In this document: positions 37,474 through 47,139 of the stretch, one piece after another
How the letters are laid out: each line of letters opens with the position of its first letter
Numbering within the stretch: the stretch's first letter is position 1
Assembly (NCBI GenBank): GCA_946411635.1
Contig: CAMKES010000001.1
Location: 3,168-67,167 of the forward strand
Length of the DNA stretch: 64,000 nt
Direction of reading: 5' to 3'
DNA from: an uncultured Clostridia bacterium
GTDB lineage: Bacteria; Bacillota; Clostridia; Christensenellales; CAG-138
The notes under the pieces: model-generated
Seen by the model: only the letters and a program-made list of their open reading frames with translations
Databases searched by the model: none
Told to the model about the DNA's origin: nothing
Program-made: the position numbers and the translations under genes

Positions 37474-38639
37474 TCGGCGTCTACGTACATATCCCATACT
37501 GTATCCGGAAATGCCGCTACTGCGATTTCTGCTCGATCCCGATCGACGAGACCGCGGGGCGGTATCGTTCCGCCGTTCTGAAGGAGATCGCGCTTTCCGC
37601 GGACAAATACCCGGGCGAGCGCGTGAAAAGCGTGTTTTTCGGCGGCGGCACGCCCACGATCCTGCCCGCGGAGGACCTTTGCGCGATCCTCGACGCGATC
37701 AGAACCGCGTTTCCCGTCGAGCCGGACGCGGAGATCTCGATTGAATGCAACCCGAAAACGATCGGCTTCGACGGCCTGAAAAGACTGCGCAGCGCGGGGT
37801 TCAACCGCCTTTCGATCGGCCTGCAGGCGACGCAGGACCGCCTTCTCAGGCGTATCGGACGCGTGCATACCTATGAGGAGTTTCTTGCGACCTATCAAGC
37901 CGCAAGGGACGCCGGGTTTACGAATATCAACGTCGATCTGATGCACGGTCTGCCGGGGCAGGGACAGGACGATTATCTTGACGCCATCCGCGCGGTCGCC
38001 TCGCTCGAACCCACGCACATTTCCGCATATTCACTGATTCTTGAGGAAGGCACGCCGCTTTACGACGACGTGACGCACGGGCACGAAACGCTGCCGGACG
38101 AGGATGCCGTCGCGGACATGGAGGACGCGGGCATGGACCTTCTGGAAGCGCTCGGCTATCATCGCTATGAGGTCTCGAACTTCGCAAAGTCGGGGTACGA
38201 ATGCCGCCACAACCTCGTTTACTGGCACAACGAGCCGTATCTGGGGCTCGGCGCCGCCGCGCATTCGTCCATGATCGAGGACGGCTTCTGGGTGCGGTTC
38301 AGCAATGAAAGCAGCATTCCCGCGTATTTCAAAAAGCTCGAAAAGGACAGACTGCCGCGCGCGGAGCGGATCCTGATCAACACCTTCGAGCAGATGTTCG
38401 AGTCCGTTATGCTCGGCCTGCGCCTGACAAAAGGCGTCGACCGCAAGGCGTTTTTCGACCGCTACGGCTGCGACGTGATCGAGACCTACAAGGAGGCGTA
38501 CGACAAGAACGAACGGTACGGCTTCTGGGATCACTCCGACCCGGCCTGTCTGCGCCTCACGCGCGCCGGCATGGACCGTCTCGACGCGGTCCTGCGCGAT
38601 TTCCGCGAGCGGCGGTGGATCGACTTCCTTCGAAGATAG
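37470..38639 (+). CDS. hemW: Radical-SAM heme chaperone HemW (HemN-like)
   Basis: [16 protein letters not shown] (CxxxCxxC), FFGGGTPT. Overlaps the lepA stop. Confidence 0.88.
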   Translation: MIGVYVHIPYCIRKCRYCDFCSIPIDETAGRYRSAVLKEIALSADKYPGERVKSVFFGGGTPTILPAEDLCAILDAIRTAFPVEPDAEISIECNPKTIGFDGLKRLRSAGFNRLSIGLQATQDRLLRRIGRVHTYEEFLATYQAARDAGFTNINVDLMHGLPGQGQDDYLDAIRAVASLEPTHISAYSLILEEGTPLYDDVTHGHETLPDEDAVADMEDAGMDLLEALGYHRYEVSNFAKSGYECRHNLVYWHNEPYLGLGAAAHSSMIEDGFWVRFSNESSIPAYFKKLEKDRLPRAERILINTFEQMFESVMLGLRLTKGVDRKAFFDRYGCDVIETYKEAYDKNERYGFWDHSDPACLRLTRAGMDRLDAVLRDFRERRWIDFLRR

Positions 38640-38659
38640 GCAAAAAGCCGAACGGCGAG

Positions 38660-38684
38660 GCTCCCCCGATCGGGAGCTTTTTTG
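38660..38684 (+). terminator. Rho-independent terminator
   Basis: gctccc-ccgatc-gggagc followed by T6. Confidence 0.6.
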
Positions 38685-38729
38685 TTTCCAGATTTCACCG
38701 TAGTTTCACATTGTTGCCCCGATGTTCAC

Positions 38730-38758
38730 TTGACTATTGTGCGGCATAGTGGTATCTT
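38730..38758 (+). promoter_or_regulatory. Sigma-A promoter of the hrcA operon
   Basis: TTGACT-17 nt-TATCTT, immediately upstream of CIRCE. Confidence 0.55.
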
Positions 38759-38769
38759 ATGCATAGCGG

Positions 38770-38796
38770 TTAGCACTCGGACAAAAAGAGTGCTAA
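38770..38796 (+). promoter_or_regulatory. CIRCE operator (HrcA binding site)
   Basis: TTAGCACTC-GGACAAAAA-GAGTGCTAA, a perfect match to the consensus TTAGCACTC-N9-GAGTGCTAA. Confidence 0.95.
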
Positions 38797-38814
38797 AAGA
38801 AAGGAGGCGATCGC

Positions 38815-39846
38815 ATGGAACTGGACAGCCGCAAGCTGCAGATTTTGCGTGCGATCGTTGACGAATACATTCTTTCGGCGACGCCGGTCGGCTCGAAATC
38901 GCTGAGTCAGGGCGGCATGAAGTGGTCGTCCGCGACGATCCGCAACGAGATGGCGGACCTCGAAACGCTCGGGTATCTCGCGCAGCCGCACACCAGCGCG
39001 GGGCGCATCCCGTCGGAAAAGGCGTATCGCCTGTACGTCGATCAGATGATGCAGCGCGCGCATCTGTCGGACGAGGAATCGCGGCTCCTGTACGGATACT
39101 TCCGCGACCACGTGCACGGCATCGACGCGGTGCTGCGCTCCACGGCGAAGGCGCTTTCGGAGATCACGCACTACACGGCGCTCGTGCTGATGCCGGACAT
39201 CGGCGTGAACCGGCTCCGGCATCTGCAGCTCGTTCCGCTCACGGTCGGCAAGGCGCTTGCGATCGTCGTGACGGACGCGGGCGTGTCGCAGAACACGGTC
39301 ATCGACGTGCCGGAGGATGTCGGTCCCGAGGAGTTGGACCGCATCAGCAAGGCGATCACGGCAAGGTTCAGCGATCGCCGGATGTCGACGGTCTCGTCGG
39401 CGCTCGTGCGCGAGCTCGGCGGCGAGCTTTCCGCCCGCGCGGATTTCGTGGAATCGCTTCTGTCGACGCTCTGCGAAAACCAGGCGCGCGACCGCCGCAT
39501 GGTCGAACTCTCCGGCGCGACGAATATGCTGGAGTATCCGGAATACAGCGACGTCAGTAAGGCAAGGACGTTCCTTGCGACCGTCGAGCAGAAGGACGAT
39601 ATGTACCGGATGCTGAAGAAGGCGTCGAACATGGAATTTACGGTCACGATCGGCAGCGAAAACGAGCAGGAAGGCCTCCGCGACTGCAGCGTGGTAACGG
39701 CAAGCTACCGCGTCAACGGAACGCCGCTCGGCAGCTTCGGCGTCATCGGACCGACCCGAATGGATTATGCGCGCGTGCTGACGATCCTGAAGAACGTTCA
39801 GACGAATCTCGGCACGGTGCTGCAATCGTTTTTGAAGGAGGAGTAG
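38815..39846 (+). CDS. hrcA: Heat-inducible transcription repressor HrcA
   Basis: MELDSRKLQILRAIVDEYILSATPVGSKSLS. Conserved position upstream of grpE. Confidence 0.92.
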   Translation: MELDSRKLQILRAIVDEYILSATPVGSKSLSQGGMKWSSATIRNEMADLETLGYLAQPHTSAGRIPSEKAYRLYVDQMMQRAHLSDEESRLLYGYFRDHVHGIDAVLRSTAKALSEITHYTALVLMPDIGVNRLRHLQLVPLTVGKALAIVVTDAGVSQNTVIDVPEDVGPEELDRISKAITARFSDRRMSTVSSALVRELGGELSARADFVESLLSTLCENQARDRRMVELSGATNMLEYPEYSDVSKARTFLATVEQKDDMYRMLKKASNMEFTVTIGSENEQEGLRDCSVVTASYRVNGTPLGSFGVIGPTRMDYARVLTILKNVQTNLGTVLQSFLKEE

Positions 39847-39850
39847 GAAC

Positions 39851-40414
39851 TTGGCTTCCAAAAAGAACAAGCCGCAGGACGCGGCAAAGGAACCCGAACA
39901 GGTCGAACAGACCGAAGAACAGACCGAAACGAAGCCCGAAACCGTCACGATGACGCAGGAAGAGCTCGAAACGGTCAAGAAGCACATCGACGAGCTGCAA
40001 AAGAAACTCGACGATACGGTGGCGCTTCTGCAGCGCAACCAGGCGGACTTCGACAACTTCCGCAAGCGGAACGCCTCGGTCCGCGCGGACAGCTACGACG
40101 AGGGCAAGCGCGACTGCATCCGGTCGCTTCTGCCGGTGCTGGACGATTTCGACCGCGTTGCGGAAAGCGACGCGAACGCCGAGGGCTGGGCGGACGGCGT
40201 AAAGCTCGTGCATAAGAAGTTCGCCGAGATCCTCAAAAAAGAGGGACTCGAGGAGATCCCGTCCGACGGCGCGTTCGATCCGGAGCTGCACAACGCCGTG
40301 ATGACCGAAGCGGTCGAGGGCATGGAGAGCGGCAACGTCGTGCAGACCTTCCAGAAGGGCTACAAAGTCAAAGAAAAGATCATTCGCCACAGCATGGTGA
40401 AGGTCAGCGAATAA
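39851..40414 (+). CDS. grpE: Nucleotide exchange factor GrpE
   Basis: ADFDNFRKR..LLPVLDDFDR..H.A. Apparent TTG start after GGAGGAG. Confidence 0.88.
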   Translation: MASKKNKPQDAAKEPEQVEQTEEQTETKPETVTMTQEELETVKKHIDELQKKLDDTVALLQRNQADFDNFRKRNASVRADSYDEGKRDCIRSLLPVLDDFDRVAESDANAEGWADGVKLVHKKFAEILKKEGLEEIPSDGAFDPELHNAVMTEAVEGMESGNVVQTFQKGYKVKEKIIRHSMVKVSE

Positions 40415-40490
40415 GGCAAAAACAAGTAAAAACCGCTTGTTTCGCATAAAATAAGAATCAAAATCTTCAAAGAATCGGAGGTATGAACAT

Positions 40491-42314
40491 ATGAGTAAGA
40501 TTATCGGTATCGACCTTGGCACCACGAACTCCTGCGTTGCGATCCTGGAGGGCGGCGATCCCGTCGTCATCCCGAACGCGGAAGGCGCAAGAACCACCCC
40601 GTCCGTCGTTGCGTTCAAGGGCAGCGAACGGCTGGTCGGCTCCATCGCAAAGCGTCAGGCGATCACGAACCCGGACCGGACCGTCTCCTCGATCAAGCGT
40701 GAGATGGGCTCGTCCTACAAAGTGCACATCGACGACAAGGACTACACCCCGCAGGAGATCTCCGCGATGATCCTGCAGAAGCTGAAGCAGGACGCGGAAG
40801 CGTACCTCGGCGAGACCGTCACGCAGGCGGTCATCACCGTGCCGGCGTACTTCACCGACAGCCAGCGTCAGGCTACGAAGGACGCGGGCCGCATCGCGGG
40901 TCTCGACGTGCTTCGTATCATCAACGAGCCGACGGCGGCGTCGCTCGCGTACGGCCTCGATAAGGAAACGAACCAGAAGATCCTGGTCTACGACCTCGGC
41001 GGCGGCACGTTCGACGTCTCGATCCTCGAGATCGGCGACGGCGTCTTCGAAGTGCTTGCGACCGCGGGCAACAACCGCCTCGGCGGCGACGACTTCGACC
41101 AGCGTCTGATCGACTACATCGCGTCCGACTTCCTCCGCAACAACGGCATCGACCTCCGCAAGGACAAGATGGCGCTGCAGCGCCTCAAGGAAGCGGCGGA
41201 GAAGGCGAAGATCGAGCTTTCCGGCATGACGCAGAGCAACGTGAACATTCCGTTCATCACGCAGGGTCCGGCCGGTCCGCTGCACCTCGACTGCACGATC
41301 ACCCGCGCAAAGTTCAACGAGCTGACCGCGGACCTCGTCGACAAGACGCGCGTCTGCGTCCAGAAGGCGATGCAGGACGCGGGCCTTTCGAACAGCGACA
41401 TCAACAAGGTCATCCTCGTCGGCGGTTCGTCCCGTATCCCGGCGGTGCAGGAAATGGTCAAGAACATCACCGGCAAAGAGCCGTTCAAGGGCATCAACCC
41501 CGATGAATGCGTCGCGATCGGCGCGGCGATCCAGGGCGGCGTGCTCGGCGGCGAGGTCAAGGACATCCTGCTCCTCGACGTCACGCCTCTTTCGCTCGGC
41601 ATCGAGACCGTCGGCGGCGTGTTCACCCGCCTGATCGAGCGCAACACCACCATCCCGACCAAGAAGAGCCAGATCTTCTCGACCGCGGCGGACGGACAGA
41701 CGAGCGTCGAAGTCCACGTGCTGCAGGGCGAGCGCGAGATGGCGCAGTACAACAAGAGCCTCGGCAGATTCCAGCTTGCGGGCATCGCGCCGGCGCCCAG
41801 AGGCGTACCGCAGATCGAAGTCACGTTCGACATCGACGCGAACGGCATCGTGCACGTCTCCGCAAAGGACCTCGGCACGGGCAACCAGCAGCAGGTAACG
41901 ATCACCGCCTCCACGAACCTCAACGAGGACGAGATCAAGAAGGCGGTCGCGGAAGCGGAGCGCTACGCGGCGGAGGATAAGCAGCGCAAGGAAGCGGCGG
42001 AGAACCGCAACCATGCGGACCAGCTCGTCTACACGACCGAAAAGACGCTCAGAGAGCTCGGCGACAAGATCGACGCGGGCGACAAGTCCAGAGTCGAATC
42101 GGCGGTCGCGGACCTCAAGAAGGCGCTCGAAGGCACCGACGACGCAAAGATCAAGGAAGAGACCGAGAAGTGCACGAACGTGAGCTACGAGGTCTTCGGC
42201 AAGATCTATCAGCAGCAGGCGCAGCAGCAGCCGGGCGCGGAGCCGAATCCGAACGCCGGTCAGCAGCCGCCGAAGGACGACGTGGTCGACGCGGACTACA
42301 CGGTCGTCGACTGA
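40491..42314 (+). CDS. dnaK: Chaperone DnaK (Hsp70)
   Basis: [27 protein letters not shown].. Confidence 0.98.
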   Translation: MSKIIGIDLGTTNSCVAILEGGDPVVIPNAEGARTTPSVVAFKGSERLVGSIAKRQAITNPDRTVSSIKREMGSSYKVHIDDKDYTPQEISAMILQKLKQDAEAYLGETVTQAVITVPAYFTDSQRQATKDAGRIAGLDVLRIINEPTAASLAYGLDKETNQKILVYDLGGGTFDVSILEIGDGVFEVLATAGNNRLGGDDFDQRLIDYIASDFLRNNGIDLRKDKMALQRLKEAAEKAKIELSGMTQSNVNIPFITQGPAGPLHLDCTITRAKFNELTADLVDKTRVCVQKAMQDAGLSNSDINKVILVGGSSRIPAVQEMVKNITGKEPFKGINPDECVAIGAAIQGGVLGGEVKDILLLDVTPLSLGIETVGGVFTRLIERNTTIPTKKSQIFSTAADGQTSVEVHVLQGEREMAQYNKSLGRFQLAGIAPAPRGVPQIEVTFDIDANGIVHVSAKDLGTGNQQQVTITASTNLNEDEIKKAVAEAERYAAEDKQRKEAAENRNHADQLVYTTEKTLRELGDKIDAGDKSRVESAVADLKKALEGTDDAKIKEETEKCTNVSYEVFGKIYQQQAQQQPGAEPNPNAGQQPPKDDVVDADYTVVD

Positions 42315-42379
42315 TCGAAAACGTCAGTTATAAAGAACGGGTCGGGCAGGCGGAGGTCTGCCCGATTGTGAGGTACTGA

Positions 42380-43504
42380 ATGGAGAGTAAGAGAGATTAT
42401 TACGAGGTGCTCGGGGTCGACAAGAACGCCTCGGACGCGGACATCAAAAGCGCGTTCCGCAAAAAAGCAAAGACCTGTCATCCGGACCTGCATCCGGGCG
42501 ACGCCGCAAAGGAGGCCGAGTTCAAAGAGCTGAACGAGGCCTACGAGATCCTTTCCGATCCCGAAAAACGGTCGAAGTACGACCAGTTCGGGCACGCGGC
42601 GTTCGATCCGGCGATGGGCGGCGGCAATCCGTTCACCGGCGCGACCGGCTTCGACGGCTTCGGCGACATCTTCAGCACGATCTTCGGCGGCTTCGGCGGT
42701 CAGACGCAGAGCCGCAACGCGCCGATGACCGGCGACGACATCCGTTACAACCTGACGCTGTCGTTCGAAGAGGCGGCGTTCGGCACGGAGAAGGAGATCA
42801 GCGTCACGCGCGAGGAGGTCTGCGACGTGTGCGGCGGCACCGGCGCAAAGCCCGGCACGCAGCCGCAGCGCTGCCAGACGTGCAAGGGCACTGGCCAGGT
42901 GCGCATGCAGCAGAATACGCTGTTCGGCGCGACGACGATCACGCGCCCGTGTTCCGCGTGCCGCGGGACCGGCAAGATCATCTCCGAGCCGTGCGCGGAA
43001 TGCCGCGGCAAGGGCCGTGTGAGACGGCTCAAGCGCCTCTCGCTGAAGATCCCTGCGGGCATCGACGACGGACAGACGATCAATATGCGCAACGAGGGCG
43101 ACGCCGGCTACAAGGGCGGCCCGCGCGGCAACCTGTACGTCACGATCTCCGTGCGGCCGCACGCGCAGTTCGTGCGCCGCGGCAGCGATCTTCTGCTCAC
43201 CATGAACATCCCGTATACCACGGCGGCGCTCGGCGGCGAGATCGTCGTGCCGACGCTGACGGGGCAGATCAAGTACAACGTGCCGCAGGGCACGCAGATC
43301 GGCACCACGTTCCGTCTGCGCGATCAGGGCATCCAGCGCCTGCAGCAGCAGGGCAAGGGCGATCTGTTCGTAACGGTCAACGTCGAGGTCCCGAAGAAGG
43401 TCACGCAGCAGCAGCGCGAGATCCTCGAACAGCTCGCCGCGCTCGAAGGCCGGCCGGTGGTGCAGAAAAACAAAAAGCGTCCGCTGAAGGACATGTTCCG
43501 GTAA
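42380..43504 (+). CDS. dnaJ: Chaperone DnaJ
   Basis: DYYEVLGV..HPD J-domain, G/F region and four CxxCxGxG zinc motifs. Confidence 0.97.
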   Translation: MESKRDYYEVLGVDKNASDADIKSAFRKKAKTCHPDLHPGDAAKEAEFKELNEAYEILSDPEKRSKYDQFGHAAFDPAMGGGNPFTGATGFDGFGDIFSTIFGGFGGQTQSRNAPMTGDDIRYNLTLSFEEAAFGTEKEISVTREEVCDVCGGTGAKPGTQPQRCQTCKGTGQVRMQQNTLFGATTITRPCSACRGTGKIISEPCAECRGKGRVRRLKRLSLKIPAGIDDGQTINMRNEGDAGYKGGPRGNLYVTISVRPHAQFVRRGSDLLLTMNIPYTTAALGGEIVVPTLTGQIKYNVPQGTQIGTTFRLRDQGIQRLQQQGKGDLFVTVNVEVPKKVTQQQREILEQLAALEGRPVVQKNKKRPLKDMFR

Positions 43505-43548
43505 ACAAAAAAAGGAGTCTTCGCAGGCATTCTGTAAAGGGGGATTTC

Positions 43549-43585
43549 AAAAGCACAGTCGATCGAAAACCGACTGTGCTTTTTG
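43549..43585 (+). terminator. Rho-independent terminator of the dnaK operon
   Basis: aagcacagtcg-loop-cgactgtgctt followed by TTTT. Confidence 0.8.
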
Positions 43586-43654
43586 CATTGTCTTTCATGC
43601 GGTTCTATGATAAAATGAATGGCACAAATCGGGATTTAGGGAAAAGGAGAACAG

Positions 43655-44431
43655 ATGACAACGCAGGATTTGTTCCGAATCGCAATGCACCAATCTGCCG
43701 AAGATATCGGATGCAGCACGGAAGATTTTCTTTCGGATCGCAATACGGTCGTTCCGTTTCAACTCGGATCAAAAGCAAAGAAGTATTACCGTCTTCCCAT
43801 CGGATGCAATTTCATCTCCTATGGCAACAATGTCGTGGCATCTTCCACAGAGGAACTATTCGATCTTGTGAAAGAGTATGTGGAACGATTTGATTTCTAC
43901 CATTGCTTTGAGACGCCGAATATGCGTTGGCTGAACCGGCGGCTGGAACCCTTGGGACAAACGGTTTGCTTTATGGCGGAGTATTATTTGCCGGATTTGC
44001 AAAAGCTCACGAAACTGCCATGTCCATACGAAACGCGGCTGTTGGAGAAAGCTGATTTTGAAGAGCTGTATGTACCGGAGTGGTCGAATGCCCTTTGTCG
44101 CGACAGAAAGCATTTGGACGTTTTGGGCGTCGGCGCGTATGACGGCGCCAAACTGATCGGATTGTCGGGCTGCTCTGCTGATGCCGAAGAGATGTGGCAG
44201 ATCGGCGTAGATGTTTTACCGGAATTTCGAAAAAAGGGTATCGCATCCGCAATCACCTCGCGGCTGGCAATGGAAATTGTCGAGCGGAACAAGGTTCCAT
44301 TTTATTGCTCTGCATGGTCAAATATCCGATCCGTCAGAAACGCTATCAAGAGCGGCTTTTTGCCGGCATGGGTAGAAATGACCGTAAAACCGTCCGCAAA
44401 GGCGGACGAAATGAATGCGGATCACGAATAA
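43655..44431 (+). CDS. GNAT-family N-acetyltransferase
   Basis: The C-terminal half (WQIGVDVLPEFRKKGIASAITSRLAMEI) is a motif-A-like Q/RxxGxA segment. The DNA is visibly more AT-rich than its surroundings. Confidence 0.65.
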   Translation: MTTQDLFRIAMHQSAEDIGCSTEDFLSDRNTVVPFQLGSKAKKYYRLPIGCNFISYGNNVVASSTEELFDLVKEYVERFDFYHCFETPNMRWLNRRLEPLGQTVCFMAEYYLPDLQKLTKLPCPYETRLLEKADFEELYVPEWSNALCRDRKHLDVLGVGAYDGAKLIGLSGCSADAEEMWQIGVDVLPEFRKKGIASAITSRLAMEIVERNKVPFYCSAWSNIRSVRNAIKSGFLPAWVEMTVKPSAKADEMNADHE

Positions 44432-44499
44432 CGATTTCGGTTTGCAGGAAACAAACAGATAAAGACCTTCCGAGAAACGGTTCCTTCTCGGGAGGTTTT

Positions 44500-44700
44500 T
44501 GTTTGTAAGCGCACGTTCCGCCGACGCATGGTGGTGAGTAAGTGCGCTCTTACGACGCAATCGATCTTGCCTCCCCTGTGTAAGGGGAGGTGGCAGCCGA
44601 AGGCTGACGGAAGGGTTGTTGTGTTCAATCCCTAGTTTAACAACCCCTCAGTCTCGGCAAAGCCTCGACAGCTCCCCTTGCACAGGGGGAGCCAAGCGAT
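44500..44700. repeat. Multi-hairpin intergenic element (REP/MITE-like)
   Basis: Consecutive inverted repeats: gtaagcgcac..gtgcgctcttac, cctcccct-gtgt-aaggggagg, cagcc-gaa-ggctg, gggttgtt..aacaaccc, gctcccc-ttgcaca-gggggagc. Confidence 0.6.
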
Positions 44701-44701
44701 A

Positions 44702-44736
44702 GAAAAAAGACGGAGGATTGATGCGTTTCCTCCGTC
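44702..44736 (-). terminator. Rho-independent terminator of the methyltransferase gene
   Basis: The minus strand reads gacggagga-loop-tcctccgtc followed by T7. Confidence 0.7.
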
Positions 44737-44820
44737 AACTCATTATTGTTTGAAAACCACCCTTTAGAGAATAGCGCTTCGGACTCCTTTTTGTTTGCGG
44801 CAGACCGGCTTTCGGCCGGA

Positions 44821-46020
44821 TCATTCCAGGGTGAAGAACGCCTGCTCGCCGTGTACGCCCACCACGTGCAGCACCGGCGTCTGCTCCGAGGGAAGCGGGA
44901 GCTTGATCGGCAGCTTCGGCGCGCAGTTCGTGTGCATCGCGCAGAAGACCGCGCCGTTCACGACGCCGGTCGCAGCGTACATCGGCGCGGATTCCTTATC
45001 GGAAAACATGGTTTTTTTGAGCTGAACGAAGCGCTTGTCGCCTTTCCGGATGATCTCGGCGTCGATCCTGCACGGCGTGCGGTCGACCGGATAGCGGATC
45101 GTCAGCGATTCGGGCGCGCTTTCGGTCAGCGTCGGTTCGCTCGTGATGCCGAGCTGGCGTCTGCGCAGCAGCGCGCACGCGACGGGGCTCTGATCGACGG
45201 AGATGAACTGCCGGCCGAGCTTCGTCGCGGCGGAGGCGGTCGTGCCGCTGCCGGAGAACAGGTCGAGCACCAGATCGCCGGGGGCGGAGGACGCCGCGAT
45301 GATGCGCTTCAGAAGCGCCTCGGGCTTCTGCGTCAGAAAGCCCGTGCGTTCGCGGTCCTTCTGCTGCAGATGCTCGATATCCGACCAGACGTCGGAGGGA
45401 TAGATCAGCGAATCCTCATAATAGGTGTAGGTCTTTCCGTTCGAGCGGATCGAGAAGCCGATGCGCCCGTCCTCGTCGATGAACCGCTTCATGTGGTTGC
45501 GGCGTTCGGGACCGCGCGGCGTGCCGACGGCCTTGATGTTGAAATAGACCTTTTTCGATTTGCGGTAAAAGAGGATCGTGTCGTGCTTTCTCGGATAGCA
45601 GCGCGTGGCGCGTCCGCCGGAACGGTACGCCCAGATGATCTCGTTCATGAAATTCGACTCGCCGAAGATCTCGTCGAGCAGGACGCGCGCCTTGTGCGAC
45701 ATGCGGTAGTCGAGGTGCAGATAGATCGAGCCCTGCGGATCCAGAAGCCGGTGACAGCCCCTTAAAATGCGCTCGAGCCATTTCAGATAGCTTTCCTCGT
45801 CGAGCTTGTCCTCGTACAAAACGACGGTCTGCGCCTGCTTGCCCTTGCCGATCCGCATCTTGAACGATTCGCCCGTGCGGAACGGGGGATCGAGGTAGAT
45901 CAGCCGGACGCCGTTCTCGTACCGTTCAAGCAGCCGGGTCAGCGCATCCTCCGCTTTCATCAGATAAAACGAGCCGTTGCCGCCCGCCGCATGGTGTTCC
46001 TCGGTGCAATATAAGCGCAT
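44821..46020 (-). CDS. Beta-class (N6-adenine or N4-cytosine) DNA methyltransferase with ~105-aa C-terminal extension
   Basis: Motif IV (LIYLDPPFRTG) precedes motif I (LVLDLFSGSGTTASAA). RBS GGAGG lies before the ATG at 46018-46020. Confidence 0.85.
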   Translation of the reverse strand: MRLYCTEEHHAAGGNGSFYLMKAEDALTRLLERYENGVRLIYLDPPFRTGESFKMRIGKGKQAQTVVLYEDKLDEESYLKWLERILRGCHRLLDPQGSIYLHLDYRMSHKARVLLDEIFGESNFMNEIIWAYRSGGRATRCYPRKHDTILFYRKSKKVYFNIKAVGTPRGPERRNHMKRFIDEDGRIGFSIRSNGKTYTYYEDSLIYPSDVWSDIEHLQQKDRERTGFLTQKPEALLKRIIAASSAPGDLVLDLFSGSGTTASAATKLGRQFISVDQSPVACALLRRRQLGITSEPTLTESAPESLTIRYPVDRTPCRIDAEIIRKGDKRFVQLKKTMFSDKESAPMYAATGVVNGAVFCAMHTNCAPKLPIKLPLPSEQTPVLHVVGVHGEQAFFTLE

Positions 46021-46044
46021 AGCCGCCTCCGAACCTTTTTTTTT

Positions 46045-46073
46045 ATTGTACAATATATTGTGTCGAAATACAA
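46045..46073 (-). promoter_or_regulatory. Methyltransferase promoter overlapped by two palindromes
   Basis: The minus strand reads TTGTAT-17 nt-TACAAT. The palindromes ATTGTACAAT (46045-46054) and ACAATATATTGT (46050-46061) overlap the -10 and the spacer. Confidence 0.5.
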
Positions 46074-46109
46074 GCGGAAAAGCCATATCTTGTTAAGAAA
46101 ATTGTGCGC

Positions 46110-46138
46110 TTGCGATGCGCCGCGCCGCGTGGTACAAT
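46110..46138 (+). promoter_or_regulatory. Promoter (extended -10) of the divergent wHTH-nuclease-like gene
   Basis: TTGCGA-17 nt-(TGG)TACAAT. Confidence 0.5.
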
Positions 46139-46163
46139 ACGGAAAAACGAAGGGGGAGCGAAG

Positions 46164-46931
46164 ATGGCGAGGATCGATCCGATCGAGCGGCGCATCTATC
46201 AGTGCATCTGCAAAAGCGAAGACGGCATCAAGGCACGTGAGATCGCAAAGAGCATCCGTACGGACCCGTCCGCGGTCAATCATTTTCTGTACGCGTCCCC
46301 GTTCATGAAGGAGCTGTGCTGGCAGGACGACGAGTACCGCTGGCACGGGCAGATCCCGCAGACGCGCCCGCATTACGGGCTTGCGGAGTTTTCCGGCTTC
46401 TATTCCTCGGTCAAAGAGTTTCTGGACATGGACGAGGCGCGCTTTCTGGCGCTTCTGAAGCTCGGCTGCGAGAACGTCGGGCGGAACCTGAACGACACGC
46501 GCGGCCTGTTCCATTCGTTTGCCGACGCGCGCGAAACGATGCGCACTCTCTTCCGCGACCTCAGGGAGTTCGGCTATCCCGCGGCGCTTTCGGACAACTG
46601 GGAGATCGTCTTCGAGCTGCGCATCAAAAAGTCGAAGCACATCCGCATCTACGCGGACGTGCTGCTGGTCACGAAGCGGCACGCGTTCTCGCTCGAGTTC
46701 AAGATGAAGGATACCATCGAGCAGGAGGAGGTCGACCAGTGCGCCAAGTACTGCGAATACCTCGACGTGATCTTCGGCGACGAGTACGAGATCGTGCCGG
46801 TGCTGGTGCTCACGAAGGCGCGGGACCTCTTTCGGGACGCAACGATCTCCGGCACGGACGCCGCGGTGCACGCCTGCTCCGGCGACATGCTCTACAACGT
46901 GCTGGACTACTACCTCGGCTTTATCCGGTGA
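46164..46931 (+). CDS. wHTH + PD-(D/E)xK-like nuclease-fold protein (candidate restriction endonuclease or controller-nuclease)
   Basis: N-terminus IERRIYQCICKSEDGIKAREIAKSIRTDPSAVNHFLY is winged-helix-like. The core FELRI..IRIYADVLLVTKRHAFSLEFKMK fits E..D-x13-E-x-K. RBS GGGGGAG. Confidence 0.55.
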   Translation: MARIDPIERRIYQCICKSEDGIKAREIAKSIRTDPSAVNHFLYASPFMKELCWQDDEYRWHGQIPQTRPHYGLAEFSGFYSSVKEFLDMDEARFLALLKLGCENVGRNLNDTRGLFHSFADARETMRTLFRDLREFGYPAALSDNWEIVFELRIKKSKHIRIYADVLLVTKRHAFSLEFKMKDTIEQEEVDQCAKYCEYLDVIFGDEYEIVPVLVLTKARDLFRDATISGTDAAVHACSGDMLYNVLDYYLGFIR

Positions 46932-46967
46932 ACACCGAAAAAGTCCGAAAAAATCTGAAAAAAACGC

Positions 46968-46996
46968 TTGACAAACGAACCTCGAGCGTGTATTAT
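46968..46996 (+). promoter_or_regulatory. Sigma-A promoter of rplJ-rplL
   Basis: TTGACA-17 nt-TATTAT. Confidence 0.75.
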
Positions 46997-47139
46997 ATCC
47001 AAGGTTAAGTTCCGTCGCCAAAGACAGCCGGTGTCGCATTTGCGTGTAAATCCTGCCGAGGTAGACAAGAAAGCGCCTTTTGTTTTCGAGTCCTCCGTTC
47101 TGCGACGGAGGGCTTTTCACGTTACAAGGAGGTGCAACC
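46997..47139 (+). ncRNA. Ribosomal protein L10 (rplJ) leader with attenuator hairpin
   Basis: ~140-nt structured 5' UTR ending in cctccgt-tctgcg-acggagg plus CTTTT (47092-47116), just before the rplJ RBS. Position and layout match the Firmicute L10 leader. Confidence 0.6.

Noticed and set aside
44610-44660. tRNA-like T-arm (gtgttcaatccctag)
   Set aside because: No acceptor stem, D-arm or anticodon arm can be drawn around it. It is part of the hairpin gggttgtt..aacaaccc within the repeat element.
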